NCBI RefSeq assembly: GCF_009914755.1 | Contig: NC_060930.1 | From: the human T2T-CHM13v2.0 reference genome, Homo sapiens | Strand: one strand, 5' to 3' | DNA: 64,000 nucleotides | Part shown: positions 59,185-64,000 of the stretch, piece by piece | Layout: the number at the start of each line of letters is the position of its first letter | Numbering within the stretch: position 1 is the stretch's first letter | Notes under the pieces: generated by a model | Told to the model about the DNA's origin: nothing | Seen by the model: only the letters and a program-made list of their open reading frames with translations | Databases searched by the model: none | Program-made: the position numbers and the translations under genes

Positions 59185-60201
59185 TTACAATTTGGCATGT
59201 TTTTGCAGTGGCTGGTACCGGTTGTTCCTTTCCATGTTTAGTGCTTCCTTCAGGAGCTCTTTTAGGGCAGGCCTGGTGGTGACAAAATCTCCTAGCATTT
59301 GCTTGTCTGTAAAGGATTTTATTTCTCCTTCACTTATGAAGCTTAGTTTGGCTAGATATGAAATTCTGGGTTGAAAATTCTTTTCTTTAAGAATGTTGAA
59401 TATTGGCCCCCACTCTCTTCTGGCTTGTAGAGTTTCTGCCGAGAGATCTGCTGTTGGTCTGATGGGCTTCCCTTTGTGGGTAACCTGACCTTTCTCTTTG
59501 GCTGCCCTTAACATTTTTTCCTTCATCTCAACTTTGGTGAATCTGACAGTTACGTGTCTTGGAGTTGCTCTTCTTGAGGAGTATCTTTGTGGCGTTCTCT
59601 GTATTTCCTGAATCTGAGTGTTGGCCTGCCTTGCTAGACTGGGGAAGTTCTCCTGGATAATATCCTGCAGAGTGTTTTCCAACTTGGTTCCATTCTCCCT
59701 GTCACTTTCAGGTACACCAATCAGACATAGATTTGGTCTTTTCACATAGTCCCATATTTCTTGGAGGCTTTGTTCATTTCTTTTTATTCTTTTTTCTCTA
59801 AACTTCCCTTCTCACTTCATTTCATTCATGTCATCTTCCATCGCTGATACCCTTTCTTCCAGTTGATCGCATCGTCTCCTGAGGCTTCTGCATTCTTCAC
59901 ATAGTTCTCGAGCCTTGGCTTTCAGCTCCATCAGCTCCTTTAAGCACTTCTCTGTATTGGTTATTCTAGTTATACATTCGTCTAAATTTTTTTCAAAGTT
60001 TTTAACTTCTTTGCCTTTGGTTTGAATTTTCTCCTGTAGCTCGGAGTAGTTTGATCGTCTGACGCCTTCTTCTCTCAACTTGTCAAAGTCATTCTCCATC
60101 CAGCTTTGTTCTGTTGCTGGTGAGGAACTGCGTTCCTTTTGCGGAGGAGAGGCGCTCTGCTTTTTAGAGTTTCCAGTTTTTCTGCTCTGTTTTTTCCACA
60201 T
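59185..60201 (-). pseudogene. L1 ORF1p, nonsense at codon 130
   Basis: MWKKQSRKTGNSK...EMK then TGA at 59812-59814; remainder continues in frame to QKHAKL. Confidence 0.95.
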
Positions 60202-60382
60202 CTTTGTGGTTTTATCTACTTTTGGTCTTTGATGATGGTGATGTACAGATGGGTTTTTGGTGTGGATGTCCTTTCTGTTTGTTAGTTTTCCTTCTAACAG
60301 ACAGGACCCTCAGCTGCAGGTCTGTTGGAGTTTGCTAGAGGTCCACTCCAGACCCTGTTTGCCTGGGTAACAGCAGCGGTGG

Positions 60383-60421
60383 CTCAGGTATTTCTTTATA
60401 GCAATGTGAAGGACTAATACA
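60383..60421 (+). mobile_element. Last 39 bp of an MSTA 5' LTR
   Basis: ctcaggtatttctttatagcaatgtga is identical to the end of the LTR at 62025-62427. Confidence 0.9.
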
Positions 60422-62024
60422 GAAAACTGGTACTGGGAGTGGGGCATTCCTATAAGGATACCTGAAAATGTGAAAGTAGCTTTGGAACCAGGCAACAGGC
60501 AGAGGTCGGAACGGTTTGGAGGGCTCAGAAGAAGACAGAAAGATGAGGAAAAAATTGAAACTTCCTAAAGACCTGTTGAATTGTTGTGACCAAAATGCAG
60601 AAAGTGATATGGACAGTGAAGACCAACCTGCAGAGATCTCAGATAGAAATGAGTAACTTATTGGGAATTGGAGCAAAGATCACTTTTGTTATGCATTACC
60701 AAAGAGGTTGGCAGCATTGTGCTCCTGCTTGAGAAATCTCTGGAACTTTGAACTTCAGAGTGATGATTTAGGGTATCCAGCAGAAGAAATTCTAAGTAGG
60801 AAAGTGTTCAAAATATGGCCTGGGTGATTCTACCAGCCTTTTCTCATATGCTTGAGCAAAGAAATAACCCAAAACTGGAACTTATAATTAAAAGGGAAGC
60901 AAAACATAAAAGTTTGAAAAATTTGTGAGTCCAGCCTTGTGGTAGAAAAGGAAAACCCATTTTCTGGGGATGAACTCAAGCTGGCTGCAGAAATTTGCAT
61001 AAGTAAAGAGGAGCAGAGTATTAATAGCCAAGACAATGGAGAAACATTTCAGACACCTTTGTGGCAGCCCCTCCCATCACAGGCTTAGAGGCCTAGCAGG
61101 GACGAATAATTTTGTGGGCCAGGACCAGGACTCTGCTACCCTGCACAGCCTCAGGACATGGCTCCCTGCATACTGGCCACTCCAGCTCCAGCTGTGGCTC
61201 AAAGGGGCCCAGATACTGCTCAGATTGCTGCTTCAGTGGTTGCAAGCCATAAGCCTTGGTGACTTCCATGTGGTGTTAAGCCTGCCAGTGCACAGAGTGG
61301 AAGAGTTGAGGCTTAGGAGCCTCCACCTAGACTCCAGAAGATGTATGAAAAAGCCCAGATGTCCAGGCAGAAGCCTGCTGCAGGGGTGGGCCTACATAGA
61401 GAACCTCTGCTACGGCAGTGCAGAGGAGAAGTGCATGGTTGGAGGCCCCAGAGTCCCCACTGAGCACTGACTAGTGCAGCTCTGAGAAGAGAGCCATCAT
61501 CCCCCAGACCCCAGAATGGTAGATCCACGACCAGCTTGCACCATGCCCCTGGAAAAGCCACAGGCACTCACTGCCAGCTCGTGAAAGCAGCCATGGGGGC
61601 TGTACCCAGCAGAGCCACAGGTGCAGAACTGCCCAAGGCCTTGGGAGCCAACCCCTTGCACCAGTGTCCCCTCGACGTGGGACATGGAGTCAAAAGAGAT
61701 TATTTTGGAATTTTAAGATGTAATGAGTGCCCTGTTTGGTTTCAGACTTGCATGGTTTGTAATCCCTTTCTTTTGGCTGATATCTCCCTTTTGGAACAGG
61801 AATATTTACCCAATGCTTGTACGCCCATTGTATCCTGGGGGTAACAAACTTGTTTTTGATTTTGCAGGCTGATAGGCAGAAGGGACTAGCCTTATCTCTG
61901 ATGAGACTTTGGACTTTTGAACTAAGGCTGGAATGAGTTAAGACTTCAGGGGACTATTCGGAAAACATGATTGTATTTTGCAGTGTAAGAAGGAAATGAG
62001 ATTTGGGAGGGGTCAGGTGCAGAA
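60422..62024 (+). mobile_element. MSTA internal region (complete)
   Basis: gaaaactggtact start, MaLR-int motifs, purine tract gggaggggtcaggtgcagaa before the LTR. Confidence 0.92.
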
Positions 62025-62427
62025 TGATATGGTTTGGATCTGTTTCCCTGTCTAAATCTCATGTCAAATTGTAATCCCCAATGTTGGAGGTAGAGTCTGG
62101 TGGGAGGTGATTGGATCATGGGGGCAGATTTTCCTATTGGTGCTGTTCTCAAAATTGAGTGAGTTCTCAAGTGATCTGGTTGTTTAAAAGTACGTAGCAC
62201 CTCCCACATCTCACTCTTTCTTCTGCTTTGGCCATGTGAGACATCTCACTCCCCTTTTGCCTTCTGCCATGATTGAAAGTTTCCTGAGGTCTCCCCAGCA
62301 GCTGAGCAGGTGTCAGCATCATACTTCCTGTACAGCCTGCAGAACCGTAAGCAATTAAACTTCTTTTCTTCACAAATTACCCAGCCTCAGGTATTTCTTT
62401 ATAGCAATGTGAGAATGGACCAATGCA
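62025..62427 (+). mobile_element. MSTA 3' LTR
   Basis: tgatatggtttggatctg start; cttcctgtacagcctgcagaacc; CA end. Confidence 0.93.
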
Positions 62428-62788
62428 AATATGTTAGAAAGCTAGAAAAAAAAATAGGGGAAGAAGGATATGTAATGTTAGGAGAATTTGTATTTTCACA
62501 AAGTGGCAAGAAAAACTTTTGTTGAGGAAATGACTTTAGAGTAAGTATGTAAAAGAGTGAAAGAGCTAGCATATGTCTGTGGAAAAAGAATCCTAAATAG
62601 GGGTCACAGCAAGTACAAAAACCCTGAGATGAGAATGTGTTTGGCAAGTTGGAGATAAAGGAAGAAGGCAGTGTGACTAGCATAGTGAGCAGAAGGGCAG
62701 AGTCATAGGATATGAGGTCAGAGAGATAAGAAAAGCCAGATCATGGAGGGGCCTTCAGGTCATGGCAAGGACTTGGGTTTTATTATGC
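62428..62788 (-). mobile_element. L2a continuation
   Basis: cagcaagtacaaaaaccctgag, atgaggtcagagag, gccagatcatg, aaggacttgggtttt. Confidence 0.85.
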
Positions 62789-64000
62789 ACATTTTATTTT
62801 TCCTTTTCTTTTTGACCTTTACTCAGATACTCAGATAGCAAAATCATTCATGTAGCCTCAACAAGAATTTGTACTGTTACAGTAGGAATGAGAAAGGAGA
62901 AGAAAATTGTACTTTTTTGGTAGGGAGGGGAAGAAGAAGGAGGATGTTCTGAGCTAGTAATAAAACGGGAATGCTCAAAGAAAGAAAGTTAATATTAGGC
63001 TTGATTTTGTTTCTTTCACTTTCAAGCAGGCTCATGAGTATCAAAAGGAAAGATTCTGAGGGGAGTAAAACACTGTTTATGCTATTAACAGCTCTAGAAA
63101 GAAAATAGAGGTAGAGACTGAAGACCACTGCCCCATCTCAGGAGGGGCTGAAGGATTTAGGAAGGAAGAGGGGGTGGTTGGGTGTGACCGAAGTTTTGTG
63201 TGGAGGGGAAGTCGAGGTGGAAGTGTAGAGGGGGCATGTGCTGATGGAGAAGTGGAAGTCTGCAGTAGAGGCAGCAAGGCTGAATACCTTTGGTAGACAT
63301 TGACAGGGAACATATGCAAGCCAGTGTCTGTGGAATTGTTGGGGATGGACCCTACATCTACTCTGCCTGCTCCCTGGGGGATTATCCATCAGAAGGACAT
63401 TCATATGTGCCCTGAGACTTTGCTGTACTGTCTGCACCACCACCATGCACGGATCCCTACAAGAACCTATAAAATAGCTCCCGTTCACAGCCTGGACTCT
63501 TGTCATAATCCTGCAAACAAAGAGATGGGGTCAAGTTGGGGCACTGAATCTTTGGAGAGAAAGAGTCCTGGCTTCATGCTCAGAAGAGGCAGGACAGTAG
63601 AGCAAACAGCCTGGTTATACCATTAGGTAGAGTTGGCTTACTGGTGGCCAAGTATTTATTTTTAAAATGCTTATGGATATGAAAATATTAACATTTTCCT
63701 TTTCGTTTTGACTTGTTCTCTGGTAGGCAGAATCATTCCCGTCGCCTCAAAAAGAATTAGTATTTTTACATTAGGAATGCAAAGAGAAGGAGGCAGTATT
63801 CTTGTGGGGGGTGGGGGAGGGTCATGTTCCAGACTACTAATAAAGAAGAAGTTTTAAAAGAATAATAAAATAAATAAAAATAATACATAAATAAATGTTA
63901 CTTTTGTTGGGCAAGAAAATTAGTACTTTAATTAGTGATATGAAATATAGATAACTTATCTTTTGTCTAGGTGCATAGCAGATATATTTGGACAGGATAT

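Noticed and set aside
63077-63626. GC-richer segment with three overlapping ORFs of 80-122 aa
   Set aside because: No protein similarity that I recognise; it may be an old LTR relic, but I cannot assign a family.

Overview
This is primate (human or great-ape) non-coding DNA with an AT-rich background and no recognisable host protein-coding exon, tRNA, rRNA or CpG-island promoter; the locus cannot be named from sequence alone. It is dominated by transposable elements: about 43 Alu/FLAM/FAM copies (all before 53.4 kb), a 5.3-kb L1PA3-like element on the minus strand (disabled ORF1/ORF2, most of the 5' UTR missing), several shorter L1 3' ends, MaLR elements (THE1, MSTA, MLT1), ERV1 and ERVL remnants, DNA-transposon MITEs, and MIR/L2/CR1 relics. 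A full-length U4 snRNA retropseudogene lies at about 31552-31696 (-). Most ORFs in the supplied track are repeat-derived; the rest show no recognisable protein family. The most notable structure is at 53.3-62.4 kb: a 9-kb nested stack (Alu fragment, THE1B, L1PA3, MSTA) inside one L2 element. There the L1 5' end is fused by microhomology to the stump of a different LTR element, implying deletion of roughly 1 kb of target DNA. Other points of interest are an Alu-tail repeat using the SCA31 motif set, a (GGAA)14 microsatellite, a trimeric Alu and a few candidate enhancers. I found no evidence of a novel gene system. Subfamily names are by eye from remembered consensus sequences and boundaries are approximate.
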